Assembly: GCA_965247095.1 (NCBI GenBank)
Contig: OZ251997.1
Coordinates: 2,595,689 to 2,659,688, forward strand
DNA: 64,000 nt
Direction: 5' to 3'
Origin: Candidatus Multivorans sp.
GTDB lineage: Bacteria; Acidobacteriota; Thermoanaerobaculia; Multivoradales; Multivoraceae
In this document: piece after piece, positions 9,062-19,102 of the stretch
Numbering within the stretch: the first letter of the stretch is position 1
How the letters are laid out: each line of letters opens with the position of its first letter
Translations under genes and position numbers: made by a program
The notes under the pieces: model-generated
Seen by the model: the letters and a program-made list of their open reading frames with translations, nothing else
Told to the model about the DNA's origin: nothing
The model's database searches: none

Positions 9062-9183
9062 TGATCCTCCTTGCCAACGTGTGCCCTCCACTATTCAACG
9101 GGATGGCCGCTGTGTCACGTACGTTGGCAGAGAGGGGCCGTAGGGGCGCTGACGCGTGGTTCGGAACGTGTTGGCTTCCGCCC

Positions 9184-10380
9184 TCAGAGCATTCGCGCGG
9201 CGATCCAGGGCAGGGCGACCGCGGTGCCCAGCACGCTGCCGAGGTTGCTCAGCACGACGACCAGGAGCACGCGTGTAAGGCGGTTGGACCAGAAGCCGCG
9301 CGCGGAACTGAGGCTGTCGGCGAGGTTCTCCATGTCCGCCACCAGGGGCCGGCGGAGCAGCGCCTGGACCAGTCCCGCGACCCAGCCGGCGGCGATCAGC
9401 GGGTTCAAGCTGGTCAGGGGCGCGGCGGCGAAGGCCGAGGCGATGGTCAGCGGATGCCCCAGGGCGATCGCGGCCCCTAGGGCGGACAAGCTGCCGTTGA
9501 TCAGGATCCAGAGGTAGATCGACTCGACCGACCGCTCGCGATCGCCGGTCAGGAAGCCGTAGGCCAGGAGCGCGATGATCGCGATCGGCAACGCCCACTT
9601 GACGATGCGCGGCCAGAGCGGCGGCTCGGGCAGTCGCTCGAGTTCCTCCAGATCGCAGGGCGAGCCCGCGAGGCTCGTGATGCCGGGCACGTGCCCGGCG
9701 CCGACCACGGCCACCGTGCGCGGACCTGCCGACTGGCGCAGCTTCTCGGCCATGTACGCGTCCCGTTCGTCGATCAGGGTGCCCTTGACGCTGGGCAATG
9801 CCTCGGCGAGGGCGGACACCAGGTCGCTCAGGTTGCCGCTGTCGCGGAGCTGCTCGATGTCCTCTTCCTTCAGGTCGTCGCCGACGAAGGCGCTGCCGGC
9901 CAACTGGGTCATCACCTTCGTCCGCTGCCAGAAGCCGAGTGAGGCCCAGGTGCGCTTCAGCGAGATCTGGATGTCGCGGTCGATCAGTTCGAGGCGTGCG
10001 CCGCGTTCCCGGGCCCGGGCGATCGCCTCTCTCATCTCGGCGCCGGGCTCGATGCCGAAGCGCTGGGCGATGCGCCGCTGGAAGGAGTGCATCAGGAACG
10101 AGCTGAGCAGCAGCGCCGCCTTGCCCTCGCGCAGGACCTGGAAGATGTCCAGCTTGCGCCACGACTCCTGGTCCTCCAGGTTGCGGTAGCGGGCCTCGCA
10201 GAGTTCGACGCAGACGGTGTCGGGCTCGAGCGCCTCGATCGCCTCCTTCGTGTCGCGCACGCTCTGCGGCGAGACGTGCGCGGTGCCGACCAGGAAGACC
10301 TCCCGCTCGTCGAGTTCGAGTCGCTGCACCGAGGCGGGCAGGTCGGGGGGCGCCGGTTGGCGCTCGGCTTCGGACATCAT
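9184..10380 (-). CDS. TraB/GumN family protein
   Basis: Start at MMSEAERQ (ATGATG at 10375-10380); TraB-family hallmarks FLVGTAHVSPQSVRD, …VVGAGHVPGI…, C-terminal transmembrane segments. Confidence 0.7.
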   Translation of the reverse strand: MMSEAERQPAPPDLPASVQRLELDEREVFLVGTAHVSPQSVRDTKEAIEALEPDTVCVELCEARYRNLEDQESWRKLDIFQVLREGKAALLLSSFLMHSFQRRIAQRFGIEPGAEMREAIARARERGARLELIDRDIQISLKRTWASLGFWQRTKVMTQLAGSAFVGDDLKEEDIEQLRDSGNLSDLVSALAEALPSVKGTLIDERDAYMAEKLRQSAGPRTVAVVGAGHVPGITSLAGSPCDLEELERLPEPPLWPRIVKWALPIAIIALLAYGFLTGDRERSVESIYLWILINGSLSALGAAIALGHPLTIASAFAAAPLTSLNPLIAAGWVAGLVQALLRRPLVADMENLADSLSSARGFWSNRLTRVLLVVVLSNLGSVLGTAVALPWIAARML

Positions 10381-10486
10381 GGCAGCGCGGAGCGTAGCCG
10401 ACGGCCGGCTGGAGGCGAAACCGCGGCGGCGTCGAGTACGATGTTGTGTTCCAGGTCGTGATGGCAGGGCTGATGGGAGGATTGGA

Positions 10487-12016
10487 ATGGAAGTGATGAG
10501 AGACCATTGCCCCGTGGCGGCACGGGCGCTGGCGATGGGCGCCCTGGTGTTCCTTGCCTGCACCGCGCCCGACGCCGATGCCCCCGTCGCGGATGCCGGC
10601 GCCGGCCCGCGGCCGAACATCGTTCTCATCCTTGCCGACGATCTCGGCTACGCCGACATCGGCATCTACGGCAGCGAGGTGATCTCGACCCCGAACATCG
10701 ACGCGCTGGCCGCGAGCGGCGTTCGCTTCACGGCGGGCTACGTCAGCCATCCGGTGTGCAGTCCGTCGCGGGCCGGGCTGATGACCGGGCGCTACCAGCA
10801 GCGCCACGGCTGGGAGTTCAACCCGGCCGGCCGGGATGTCGGCGCCGGCATGAGTCTCGAGGAGACGACCCTGGCCGACCGGATGAGGGCTCTGGGGTAC
10901 CGGACCGGCATGATCGGCAAGTGGCACCTGGGCCGCCAGGCGCCCCATCATCCGGTGAGCCGCGGCTTCGACGAGTACTTCGGCGTGCTCGAAGGCGGCA
11001 GCATCTTCATCGACTCCAGCCTGCCGGGCGTGGAGTACGGCTCGATCCGCGGCGAAGACGGGCCGACGGTCCGCCGGAACAAGGTGCTGCGGGGGTTCGA
11101 GGAAGAGAAGGTCGACCGCTACCTGACCGACGTGTTCACGGAGGAAGCGACAAGCTTCATCGAGCGCAGCGCGAGCGGTGAAGAACCCTTCTTCCTCTAC
11201 CTCAGCCACACGACGCCGCACACGCCGCTCCAGGCCACGGCCGAGTACCTGGACGGCTACCGCCACATCGAAGATCAGCGCACCCGCGTCTACGCGGCCA
11301 TGGTCGCGTCGCTCGACGAGAGCGTGCGGCAGGTGGTCGAGACGCTCAAGGCACAGGGCGTGTACGAGAACACGATGATCGTCTTCGCCAGCGACAACGG
11401 CTGCGCCGGCTACATTCACGCCGCCTGCTCGAACGCGCCGCTCTTCGGTTTCAAGCGCTACCACCACGAAGGCGGCGTGCGGATTCCCTTCATCATCAGT
11501 TGGCCGGAAGGAATCGAGGGAGGGCGGACGTTCAATCAACCGGTGATCACCCTCGACTTCACGGCGACCTTCACGGCTGCGGCGGGCCAGGAAGCAAAGG
11601 CGGGCGACAGCGTGAACCTGCTGCCGTACATGACCGGCGAGGCGGACGGCGCGCCGCACGAGTACCTCTACTGGCGGGCCGGCGCCAGCGTCGCGATCCG
11701 CGACGCCCAGTACAAGCTGATCAAGCTGAACCGCACCGAGTTCCGGCCCGACGATCTGCGCGGGGACGGCCGTTTGCAGCCGCCCGAAGGCGGCTGGCCC
11801 ACGGATTCGCCCCACGGGCAGGCCACCCTGCTCTACGACCTGGAAGCCGACATCGGCGAGTTGAACAACCTGGCGGCGGAGCAGCCGGAGGTCGTCGCCC
11901 GTCTCGAAGCCGAGTTGGATGCGTGGCGCGCCACGTTGCTGAGCGAGCCGATCCTGCCGGGTGTGCGTTCCACGATCACCGAGATCGATGGTGAGTGGGT
12001 CCAATTGGTATTCTGA
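10487..12016 (+). CDS. sulfatase (arylsulfatase family), secreted/lipoprotein
   Basis: MEVMRDH… start with GGGAGG RBS; signal peptide; ILADDLGYAD, CSPSRAGLMTGR (C-x-P-x-R FGly motif), GKWHLG. Confidence 0.85.
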   Translation: MEVMRDHCPVAARALAMGALVFLACTAPDADAPVADAGAGPRPNIVLILADDLGYADIGIYGSEVISTPNIDALAASGVRFTAGYVSHPVCSPSRAGLMTGRYQQRHGWEFNPAGRDVGAGMSLEETTLADRMRALGYRTGMIGKWHLGRQAPHHPVSRGFDEYFGVLEGGSIFIDSSLPGVEYGSIRGEDGPTVRRNKVLRGFEEEKVDRYLTDVFTEEATSFIERSASGEEPFFLYLSHTTPHTPLQATAEYLDGYRHIEDQRTRVYAAMVASLDESVRQVVETLKAQGVYENTMIVFASDNGCAGYIHAACSNAPLFGFKRYHHEGGVRIPFIISWPEGIEGGRTFNQPVITLDFTATFTAAAGQEAKAGDSVNLLPYMTGEADGAPHEYLYWRAGASVAIRDAQYKLIKLNRTEFRPDDLRGDGRLQPPEGGWPTDSPHGQATLLYDLEADIGELNNLAAEQPEVVARLEAELDAWRATLLSEPILPGVRSTITEIDGEWVQLVF

Positions 12017-12078
12017 GCCCGGCTGCTGACGTGCGCCGTGCCGCCCTCACCGCGGCGAACGATGCGGGCTGCTGAAGC

Positions 12079-13881
12079 ATGAGCGGTACACCCAAGGACG
12101 CTGAGCGCGGCCCTGCCGACGGTCCAGGTGCTGTGATGCGCCGCCGCCTCGAACAGGTACTGGCCGCCGGCCTGCAGTCGCCCATCTTCCGCTGGGAGAC
12201 CTGGCGGACGTTGTGGCCGCTGCGCCGCCGGGTTCAGGCGGCGCTGCTGGCCGTCCTCGCGGTGGCGGCGTTCTCGGCGTGGCGGGTTCAGCAGAAGGTC
12301 GGACAGGCGCGGCTCGAACTCGGTCTGGCGGAAGCGGCGACTGCCGGCGAGGGATTCGAGCGACTCGCCGAGCGGTCTCCAGGCCTGCTCAGCCTGGCCG
12401 CCCGGCACGCGGCCGGGGAGGGCCGCTGGCGCGAAGTGGCGGCGTTGTACGAGGACCATGCCGAACACCTGCCGCCGGCACTGCTGGCCGCGGCCGAGGT
12501 GGAACTCGGTGTGAATCGCGCCGAGGAAGCTGGAGCAGAATCGGCCGCGGACGAACCGCCGCCGGCGTCTGCGTTCGAGCGGCGTCTGCGGCGGGCACAG
12601 GCGGTCGACGCCTCGGGCGTGCAGCAACTGCTCTTCGACCGGCGGGGCCGGCCATTGGGATCGATCGGCGACGACCGTTCGTTGACGCTGGTAGAGGATC
12701 TGCCGGCCGGCCTGGTGCCGGTCGAGTTGGCGACCCATCTGCTGCCTTCCGCCCTCCAGCCGCCGGGTCTTGCCGCCGCCGGACCGGGGGCGATGAGCAG
12801 GTCCGCCGGCGCGCGAGCCCTGCGGCTGACGATCGACCGGGCCTGGAGCGAGGCGGCCGACACGGCGCTGGGCAGGGAAGAGGGCGCGATCGCGATCGTG
12901 GAGATCCCGTCGGGCGCGGTCCTGGCCGCGGTGAGCAACCGCGGTCGAAGCCGCCGGTGGCGGTCGAACGGCGACAGCGTCCTCGATCCGCGCGAGCCGG
13001 CGTCGATCGCCAAGCTGATCACCACGACGGCGGCGATGCGGGCCGGTCTCGACCCCGACCAGGAGATCGCCGACATGACCTGCCGCGGCTCGGTGCTGAT
13101 GGACGGTCAGCGGCTCTACTGCAGCGCGATCAACGGCCGGCTCCGGGGGCTCTCCGCAGCGATGGCCAGTAGCTGCAACGTCGCCTTCGCCAAGCTCGCG
13201 ATGGATGTCGGCGACCGGGCGCTGGTCGAAGAGTACGAACGCTACGGCTTCGTCATCGGCGGCAGGAGTAGCGAGGCGGTGCCGCGGAACGCCGTCGGTG
13301 TGGTGCATGAGTACCGTCACCCGGGCAAGCAGCTCGGCGATCTCTCGATCGGCCTGGAGGAGGCTTCGATCACACCGTTGGGGGCGGCCCTGTTCGCCGC
13401 CACCCTCTCGGACGGCCGCCGGCGCGAGCCGAGCTTCGTTCTGCAGGCGGACGGACTTCTGGGCATCTCGCCACGGACACCGGTCGGCGACGGTCCGCGC
13501 GAGGGCGTCGAGGTTCTCGACCCGTCCTGGCTGCCGGTGCTGCACGAGTCGATGCGCGCGGTCGTGTCTCCGGGCGGCTCGGCGAACCGGGTGGCGCCGA
13601 AGCGTCTCCGGGTGGCGATGAAGACGGGCACGGCGCGCGATCCGGACAAGCCGTTCCACGTGAACTACGCCGGCTTCTTCCCCTCCGACGAGAGCCAGCC
13701 GCCCCGATACGCCTTCGCGGTCAGGGTCACCGGCCAGCCGACGTCGGCACGGGTTCGCCGCGCCGGGTACGCCGTCACGTTCCGTCTGCTGCGGGCGCTC
13801 GACAGGTTGGTCGGCGAAGAGATCGAGACAGCGTCCCGGGTTCCGCAACGGCTGGCGGCAGCGACCGGAGCGAGCAAGTGA
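12079..13881 (+). CDS. penicillin-binding-protein-like transpeptidase domain protein with unusual N-terminal half
   Basis: 600-aa ORF; SxxK (PASIAKLITT), SxN (SSCNVAF), KTG (MKTGTA) motifs in C-terminal half; N-terminal half has no recognisable dimerisation domain; stop overlaps start of the downstream cytochrome gene. Confidence 0.65.
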   Translation: MSGTPKDAERGPADGPGAVMRRRLEQVLAAGLQSPIFRWETWRTLWPLRRRVQAALLAVLAVAAFSAWRVQQKVGQARLELGLAEAATAGEGFERLAERSPGLLSLAARHAAGEGRWREVAALYEDHAEHLPPALLAAAEVELGVNRAEEAGAESAADEPPPASAFERRLRRAQAVDASGVQQLLFDRRGRPLGSIGDDRSLTLVEDLPAGLVPVELATHLLPSALQPPGLAAAGPGAMSRSAGARALRLTIDRAWSEAADTALGREEGAIAIVEIPSGAVLAAVSNRGRSRRWRSNGDSVLDPREPASIAKLITTTAAMRAGLDPDQEIADMTCRGSVLMDGQRLYCSAINGRLRGLSAAMASSCNVAFAKLAMDVGDRALVEEYERYGFVIGGRSSEAVPRNAVGVVHEYRHPGKQLGDLSIGLEEASITPLGAALFAATLSDGRRREPSFVLQADGLLGISPRTPVGDGPREGVEVLDPSWLPVLHESMRAVVSPGGSANRVAPKRLRVAMKTGTARDPDKPFHVNYAGFFPSDESQPPRYAFAVRVTGQPTSARVRRAGYAVTFRLLRALDRLVGEEIETASRVPQRLAAATGASK

Positions 13882-16736
13882 CAGCGAGCGCGGGCGGCGC
13901 AAAACCGCCCGCACGCCGGCGCTACCGACCGGCGATCGGCCCCAGGCTGAAACCGCTCCTGTGGGTGGTCTTCGGACTGTTCGCTCTGCTGGCGGTGAAC
14001 TCGTTCTACCTCTCCGGCGTTCGCGTTGCCGAGGCGGCAACCGGCGCGACCTACCAGAACTGGTTCTACATCTCGATGTTTCTGCTTCACTTGGCGGTGG
14101 GGGGATTGTTCGTGGCGCCGGTGATCTGGTTCGGTCTGGCGCACATGCGGAACGCGCGCAATCGACCCAACCGGCGCGCGGTGAAGGTGGGGTATGCGCT
14201 GTTCGGGACGGCGCTCGTGCTCCTTCTGAGCGGCATCGTGCTGACGCGGATCGAGGGTGTGATCACGGTGAACGACCCGGCGGTCCGCGGCGTGGCCTAC
14301 TGGCTGCACGTCCTGGCGCCCCTGGTAGCGGCCTGGCTGTTCGTGCTGCACCGGCTCGCCGGCAAGCGAATCAACTGGCGGATCGGTGCGCGCGTCGCGG
14401 CCGCCGCCGTGGTTCTGGTCGGCGTGGCGCTGGTGCTGCAGTTCCAGGATCCGCGGGCGTGGAACGTGGAAGGTCCGGAGTCGGGAGAGCAGTACTTCTT
14501 CCCGGCCCTGGCGCGCACCGCGAGCGGCGGGTTCATCCCCGAGCGGGTGTTGATGAACGACGCCTACTGCGTGGACTGCCATGCCGACATCCACGCTCGC
14601 TGGACCTACAGCGCCCACCGCTTCAGCTCCTTCAACAACCCCGCCTACAGTTTCTCCGTCCAGGAGACCCGCGACAAGGCGTACGAGCGTTCGGGCGACG
14701 TGCAGGCGTCCCGCTTCTGCGCCGGCTGCCACGATCCGGTGGTGTTCTTCTCGGGCGCCTTCGACGACCCGGAGTTCGACGTCGAGCAGCCGGCCGCGCA
14801 CGCCGGCATCACCTGCACGTCCTGCCACGCGATTACGCACATCAACAGTCCCCGCGGCAACGCCGACTACACGATCGAGGAGCCCCAGCACTACCCGTTT
14901 GCCTTCAGCGACTCAGGGTTCCTCAAGTTCGTCAACCATCAACTGGTCAAGGCGAAACCGGAACTGCACAAACGGACCTTCCTCAAGCCCCTGCACACGA
15001 CGGCGGAGTTCTGCGGCGCCTGCCACAAGGTCCACCTGCCCGAGGAGTTGAATCACTACAAGTTCCTGCGCGGCCAGAACCACTACGACTCGCACCTTCT
15101 CTCCGGCGTCTCGGGCCACGGCGTGGCGAGCTTCTACTACCCGCCCGAGGCCGAGCCGAACTGCAACGGCTGCCACATGGACCTGCTGCCGTCGGACGAC
15201 TTCGGTTCTCGCCGCCACCCGGAGAGCGACCAGCCTGATGTCACCCAGGTTCACGATCACCTGTTCCCGTCCGCGAACACCGGCATCCCCCATCTGCTCG
15301 ACTTCCCGGACTGGGTGATCGAGGCCCACCGCGAGTTCAACGAGGGCGCCGTCGACGTGGACATCTTCGGCGTCAAGCCGGGCGGCGCGATCGAGGACGA
15401 GCTGATCGCGCCGGTGCGCCCCGAGATACCGGCCCTCGAGGCGGGCGAGGACTATCTGCTGGAGGTCGTTGTACGCACCGTTGCCTTGGGGCATCACCTG
15501 ACCCAGGGCACCGTTGACTCCAACCAGCTCTGGCTGGACATCGCGGTGCGCGACGACAGCGGCCGGCTGGTGGGGCGGAGCGGCGGTTTGGGCGAGGGCA
15601 ACCGGGTCGACCCCTGGTCGCACTTCATCAACGTCTACATGCTCGACCGCGAGGGCGCGCGGATCGATCGCCGCAACGCCGAGGACATCTTCGTGCCGCT
15701 GTACGACCATCAGATCCCGCCGGGGGCGGGCGACGTGGTCCACTACCGGATGGAAGTACCGCCAGGGGCGGCCACCGGCAGCCTGACGGTCGAGGCCGCG
15801 CTCCGCTACCGCAAGTTCGACACGACGTACCTGCGCTACATCTACGGCGAGGACACGGTGAACGAACTGCCGATTCTCGACCTGGCCCGGGACACGGTGA
15901 CCTTCCCGGTGGCGGGCGCCTCCGCCCCTGGGCACGCGGGCGTCTCGCCCGCATCCGGTCCGGAGGTCCGCCAACCCGCCAAGCCTCTCTGGCAGCGCTG
16001 GAACGACTACGGCATCGGCCTGCTGCGCAAGGGCGGCACCGGTCGCGGCGAACTGCGGCAGGCGATCGAAGCCTTCACCCGGGTCGAGGAGTTGGGCCGT
16101 CCCGACGGACCGCTCAACCTCGCCCGCGTCTACCTGGCGCAGGGCACCGTCACCGACGACGCGATCGCGGCGCTCGAGCGGGCCGCCACCTTCGACCCGG
16201 CGGCGCCGGCGTGGTCGGTGGCCTGGTTCACCGGGCTGGTCAACTTCCAGAACGGCGCCGTCGACGAGGCGATCGCCAACTTCCGCTCGATCCTCGACGC
16301 CGACAGCGAGGAGATGCGACGCCGCGGCTTCGACTTCAGCCGCGACGTGCGGCTGCAGAACCAGCTCGGTCTGGCTCTGTTCGAGCGCGCCAAGCGCGAG
16401 CGGGGCCCTGCCCGCGCCGAGGCGCGCGCGGCGCGGCTCAACGAGGCGCGGGAGTCGTTCGAGAGCGCTCTGGTCATCGACCCGGAGAACGTGACCGCCC
16501 ACTACAACCTGGGTCTGATCTACGGCCAGCTTGGCGATCGCGAGGGCGCCGCCCGGCACCAGGAACTTCATGCGAAGTACAAGCCTGACGACAACGCCCG
16601 GGACCGGGCGATCGCCACGGCCAGACGCGCCGACGCGGCGGCCGATCACGCGGCGGAGGCGATCGTGATCTACGACCTGCACCGGCCCGAGCGCTTCGAA
16701 GGCGACCGGGCCGGGGTCGCCGGAGCGGGCGGTTGA
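13878..16736 (+). CDS. membrane-anchored multiheme cytochrome c (5 CxxCH) fused to C-terminal TPR repeats
   Basis: 952-aa ORF; N-terminal transmembrane helices; CVDCH, CAGCH, CTSCH, CGACH, CNGCH; C-terminal TPR-like repeats; contains one in-frame REP-like repeat copy. Confidence 0.8.
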   Translation: MTASAGGAKPPARRRYRPAIGPRLKPLLWVVFGLFALLAVNSFYLSGVRVAEAATGATYQNWFYISMFLLHLAVGGLFVAPVIWFGLAHMRNARNRPNRRAVKVGYALFGTALVLLLSGIVLTRIEGVITVNDPAVRGVAYWLHVLAPLVAAWLFVLHRLAGKRINWRIGARVAAAAVVLVGVALVLQFQDPRAWNVEGPESGEQYFFPALARTASGGFIPERVLMNDAYCVDCHADIHARWTYSAHRFSSFNNPAYSFSVQETRDKAYERSGDVQASRFCAGCHDPVVFFSGAFDDPEFDVEQPAAHAGITCTSCHAITHINSPRGNADYTIEEPQHYPFAFSDSGFLKFVNHQLVKAKPELHKRTFLKPLHTTAEFCGACHKVHLPEELNHYKFLRGQNHYDSHLLSGVSGHGVASFYYPPEAEPNCNGCHMDLLPSDDFGSRRHPESDQPDVTQVHDHLFPSANTGIPHLLDFPDWVIEAHREFNEGAVDVDIFGVKPGGAIEDELIAPVRPEIPALEAGEDYLLEVVVRTVALGHHLTQGTVDSNQLWLDIAVRDDSGRLVGRSGGLGEGNRVDPWSHFINVYMLDREGARIDRRNAEDIFVPLYDHQIPPGAGDVVHYRMEVPPGAATGSLTVEAALRYRKFDTTYLRYIYGEDTVNELPILDLARDTVTFPVAGASAPGHAGVSPASGPEVRQPAKPLWQRWNDYGIGLLRKGGTGRGELRQAIEAFTRVEELGRPDGPLNLARVYLAQGTVTDDAIAALERAATFDPAAPAWSVAWFTGLVNFQNGAVDEAIANFRSILDADSEEMRRRGFDFSRDVRLQNQLGLALFERAKRERGPARAEARAARLNEARESFESALVIDPENVTAHYNLGLIYGQLGDREGAARHQELHAKYKPDDNARDRAIATARRADAAADHAAEAIVIYDLHRPERFEGDRAGVAGAGG
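15927..15958 (+). repeat. REP/MITE-like hairpin repeat copy inside the cytochrome CDS (in frame)
   Basis: CCTGGGCACGCGGGCGTCTCGCCCGCATCCGG, encoding …[13 protein letters not shown]…; same core GCGGGCGTCTCGCCCGC as the intergenic copies. Confidence 0.7.
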
Positions 16737-18598
16737 CTCCCGACCGGCCGGACGAAGAACTCGTAGCCGAGGACGACGCGGTCATCGGCCGCGTATTCGC
16801 TCGTTCCCTCAAGGTACTGGCGGCGCTGGCCGTTGCCGCGCTTCTCGTGTTCGCGCTCCGTGTCGTCTTCCGGGCGGCGCCCGAGGAGGCGAGGGAGATC
16901 CCGGTCGAGGCGCCGCGGGCCGTGGCGGCGGCGCCGGAGGTTCCGGTCATCTCCTTCACGGACGTCACGGCGGAGGCCGGCATCGACTTCGTCCATGTCA
17001 ACGGCGCCGAGGGCGATGCCCTGTTGCCGGAGACGATGGGTTCGGGCGCGGCCTTCTTCGACTTCGACCGCGACAGCGACCAGGACCTGCTGCTGGTCAA
17101 CTCGACCGGGTGGAAGGCGGCGCCGGAGACCGGCCCGACGATGGCGCTGTACGAGAACGACGGCGCCGGGCGGTTTGCCGACCGGACCGCCGCACTCGGT
17201 CTGGCGACGAGCTTCTACGGCACCGGCGTTGCGGTCGGCGACGTGGACAGCGACGGCTGGGTCGATCTGTTCATCTCCGCGGTGGGGCCGAACCGCCTGT
17301 TCCGGAACGTGGAAGGAGCTCGCTTCGAGGACGTGACCGTGAGGGCGGGCGTGGCCGGCGCCGCCTCGGAGTGGAGCAGCAGCAGCGCCTTCTTCGACGC
17401 GGACGGAGACGGCGACCTCGACCTCCTGGTCGGCAACTACGTGCGCTGGTCGCGCGAGATCGACATCGAGGTCGGCTACCAGTTGACCGGAGTTGGGCGC
17501 GCCTACGGGCAGCCGGTCAACTACGGCGGCACGACCATGGACCTCTACCGGAACGACGGCTCGGGCGTCTTCGTCGATGTCTCGGAGGATGCCGGATTGC
17601 ACATCCTGAACCCGGCCTCGGATGCGCCGGTGGCGAAGACGCTGGGGCTGGCGCCGGTCGACATCGAGGGCGACGGCGATGTCGACGTGCTGGTCGCGAA
17701 CGACACGGTGCGGAACTTCCTGCTCGTGAACGACGGCAGCGGCGTCTTCACCGAGGAGGGAGGGAACTACGGCCTGGCCTACAGCCGCGACGGCGCGGCG
17801 ACCGGCGCGATGGGCGCCGATGCCGCCGATTTCCGCAACGACGGCGAACTCGGCTTCGCGATCGCGAACTTCGCCAACGAGATGACCTCGCTCTACGTCT
17901 CCCAGGGCGATCCGACGCTGTTCAGCGACGAGGCGATCACCGCCGGCATCGGCGCGCCGAGCCGCCGCGTGCTCAGCTTCGGCCTCTTCTTCTTCGACTA
18001 CGACCTGGACGGCCGGTTGGACCTGCTCCAGGTCAACGGCCATCTCGAGGACGACATTGAGGTCGTGGAACCCAGCCAGCGCTACCGGCAGCCGCCGCAG
18101 TTGTTCTGGAACGCCGGCTCAGGAGCGGCGTCGACCTTCGTGCCGGTCACGCCGGCGCCCGGCGACGGTCTGACCCGCGAGCTGGTCGGCCGGGGCTCGA
18201 CCTACGCCGACATCGACGGCGACGGCGACCTGGACATCCTGCTGCTCCAGACCGGCGACCGGCCGCTGCTGCTGCGCAACGACCAGAAGACCGGCCACCG
18301 CTGGCTGCGGTTCCGTTTGCGCGGCGACGGCGAGCGCGTCAACCGCGACGCGATCGGTTCCTGGGTTGAGGTCGAAGAGCGGACCACGGCTGGGCCTGTG
18401 GTGCAGCGGCGCCGCGTCATGCCGACCCGCAGCTACCAGAGCCAGGTCGAGCCGGTGGTGACGATCGGCCTGGGCGCCGCGTCGTCGGTCGACGACCTGG
18501 TGCGGATCGACGTGGTCTGGCCCGACGGTACCCGGCAGGCAGTCGAAGTCAACGGCCTCGACCGGGTCGTCGAGGTCGAGTACGGGTCTCCGAACTAG
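16733..18598 (+). CDS. CRTAC1 family protein (FG-GAP/VCBS repeats plus ASPIC/UnbV C-terminal domain)
   Basis: 621-aa ORF; repeated D-x-D-G-D calcium-binding motifs, …RNDQKTGHRWLRFRLRG… UnbV_ASPIC region; start overlaps the cytochrome stop. Confidence 0.8.
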   Translation: MTPDRPDEELVAEDDAVIGRVFARSLKVLAALAVAALLVFALRVVFRAAPEEAREIPVEAPRAVAAAPEVPVISFTDVTAEAGIDFVHVNGAEGDALLPETMGSGAAFFDFDRDSDQDLLLVNSTGWKAAPETGPTMALYENDGAGRFADRTAALGLATSFYGTGVAVGDVDSDGWVDLFISAVGPNRLFRNVEGARFEDVTVRAGVAGAASEWSSSSAFFDADGDGDLDLLVGNYVRWSREIDIEVGYQLTGVGRAYGQPVNYGGTTMDLYRNDGSGVFVDVSEDAGLHILNPASDAPVAKTLGLAPVDIEGDGDVDVLVANDTVRNFLLVNDGSGVFTEEGGNYGLAYSRDGAATGAMGADAADFRNDGELGFAIANFANEMTSLYVSQGDPTLFSDEAITAGIGAPSRRVLSFGLFFFDYDLDGRLDLLQVNGHLEDDIEVVEPSQRYRQPPQLFWNAGSGAASTFVPVTPAPGDGLTRELVGRGSTYADIDGDGDLDILLLQTGDRPLLLRNDQKTGHRWLRFRLRGDGERVNRDAIGSWVEVEERTTAGPVVQRRRVMPTRSYQSQVEPVVTIGLGAASSVDDLVRIDVVWPDGTRQAVEVNGLDRVVEVEYGSPN

Positions 18599-18619
18599 CT
18601 GCTAGCCATAGCCAGGGCA

Positions 18620-19069
18620 CCGGGAACCCGGGTCATCGACCTTGCCGGCGCCTACGTGCTGCCGGGTCTGTGGAACAACCACTCCCATCTCGGCGACCTG
18701 CTGCCGGACCCGAAGGGCCTGCTGCCCAACGAACCGCTGCTTCGGGCCTCGATTCGCGCCGGCCGCAACGCGATGCACGCGCTCAAGGCCGGGATTCTCG
18801 AGATCGAGCAGCTCGCCTTCCACGGAATTCCGGCCATGGGCGCCATCCAGGCCGCGACCCGAAACAGCGCCGAGATGATGGGAATGCTGGACGATCTGGG
18901 CACGGTCGAGGTCGGCAAGCTGGCCGATCTGATCGTGCTCGAGAAGAACCCGCTCGAGCACATCTCGCACATGCGCAGCCTGTCCATGGTGATCAAGGAC
19001 GGCAAGATCGTGAATCGCTCGAGAGACGAGGGGCAGGCCAGCTTCTGGGAGCTCTACCTGCAGGAGTGA
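18620..19069 (+). pseudogene. amidohydrolase-family remnant with large internal deletion
   Basis: Reading frame gives …VIDLAGAYVLPGLWNNHSHLGD (HxH metal motif) joined after ~100 aa directly to a typical amidohydrolase C-terminus (…GKLADLIVLEKNPL…VIKDGKIV); about 250 aa of TIM barrel are missing and the N-terminal ~60 aa are absent. Confidence 0.5.
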
Positions 19070-19102
19070 GGAGCGGCGCGGTGAACCTACCGCCCGGACG
19101 AC

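Larger units (their letters stand above)
7557..9117 (-). mobile_element. IS3-family insertion sequence (orfA/orfB with -1 frameshift site), apparently intact
   Basis: Terminal inverted repeats TGACACAGCGG (7557-7567) and CCGCTGTGTCA (9107-9117); orfA (HTH/leucine zipper) and orfB (DDE integrase core) on minus strand; slippery heptamer G_GGA_AAA at ~8624-8630 links the orfA frame to the orfB frame (…DVQGK|SCRAAGIQ…). Confidence 0.85.

Noticed and set aside
9095-12004. 969-aa minus-strand ORF spanning TraB and sulfatase genes
   Set aside because: Antisense to two well-supported genes; composition R/G/A/P-dominated without motifs — stop-poor frame artefact in ~70% GC sequence
14913-16682. 589-aa minus-strand ORF antisense to the multiheme cytochrome gene
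   Set aside because: No motifs, low-complexity; the plus-strand gene has five CxxCH motifs and TPRs
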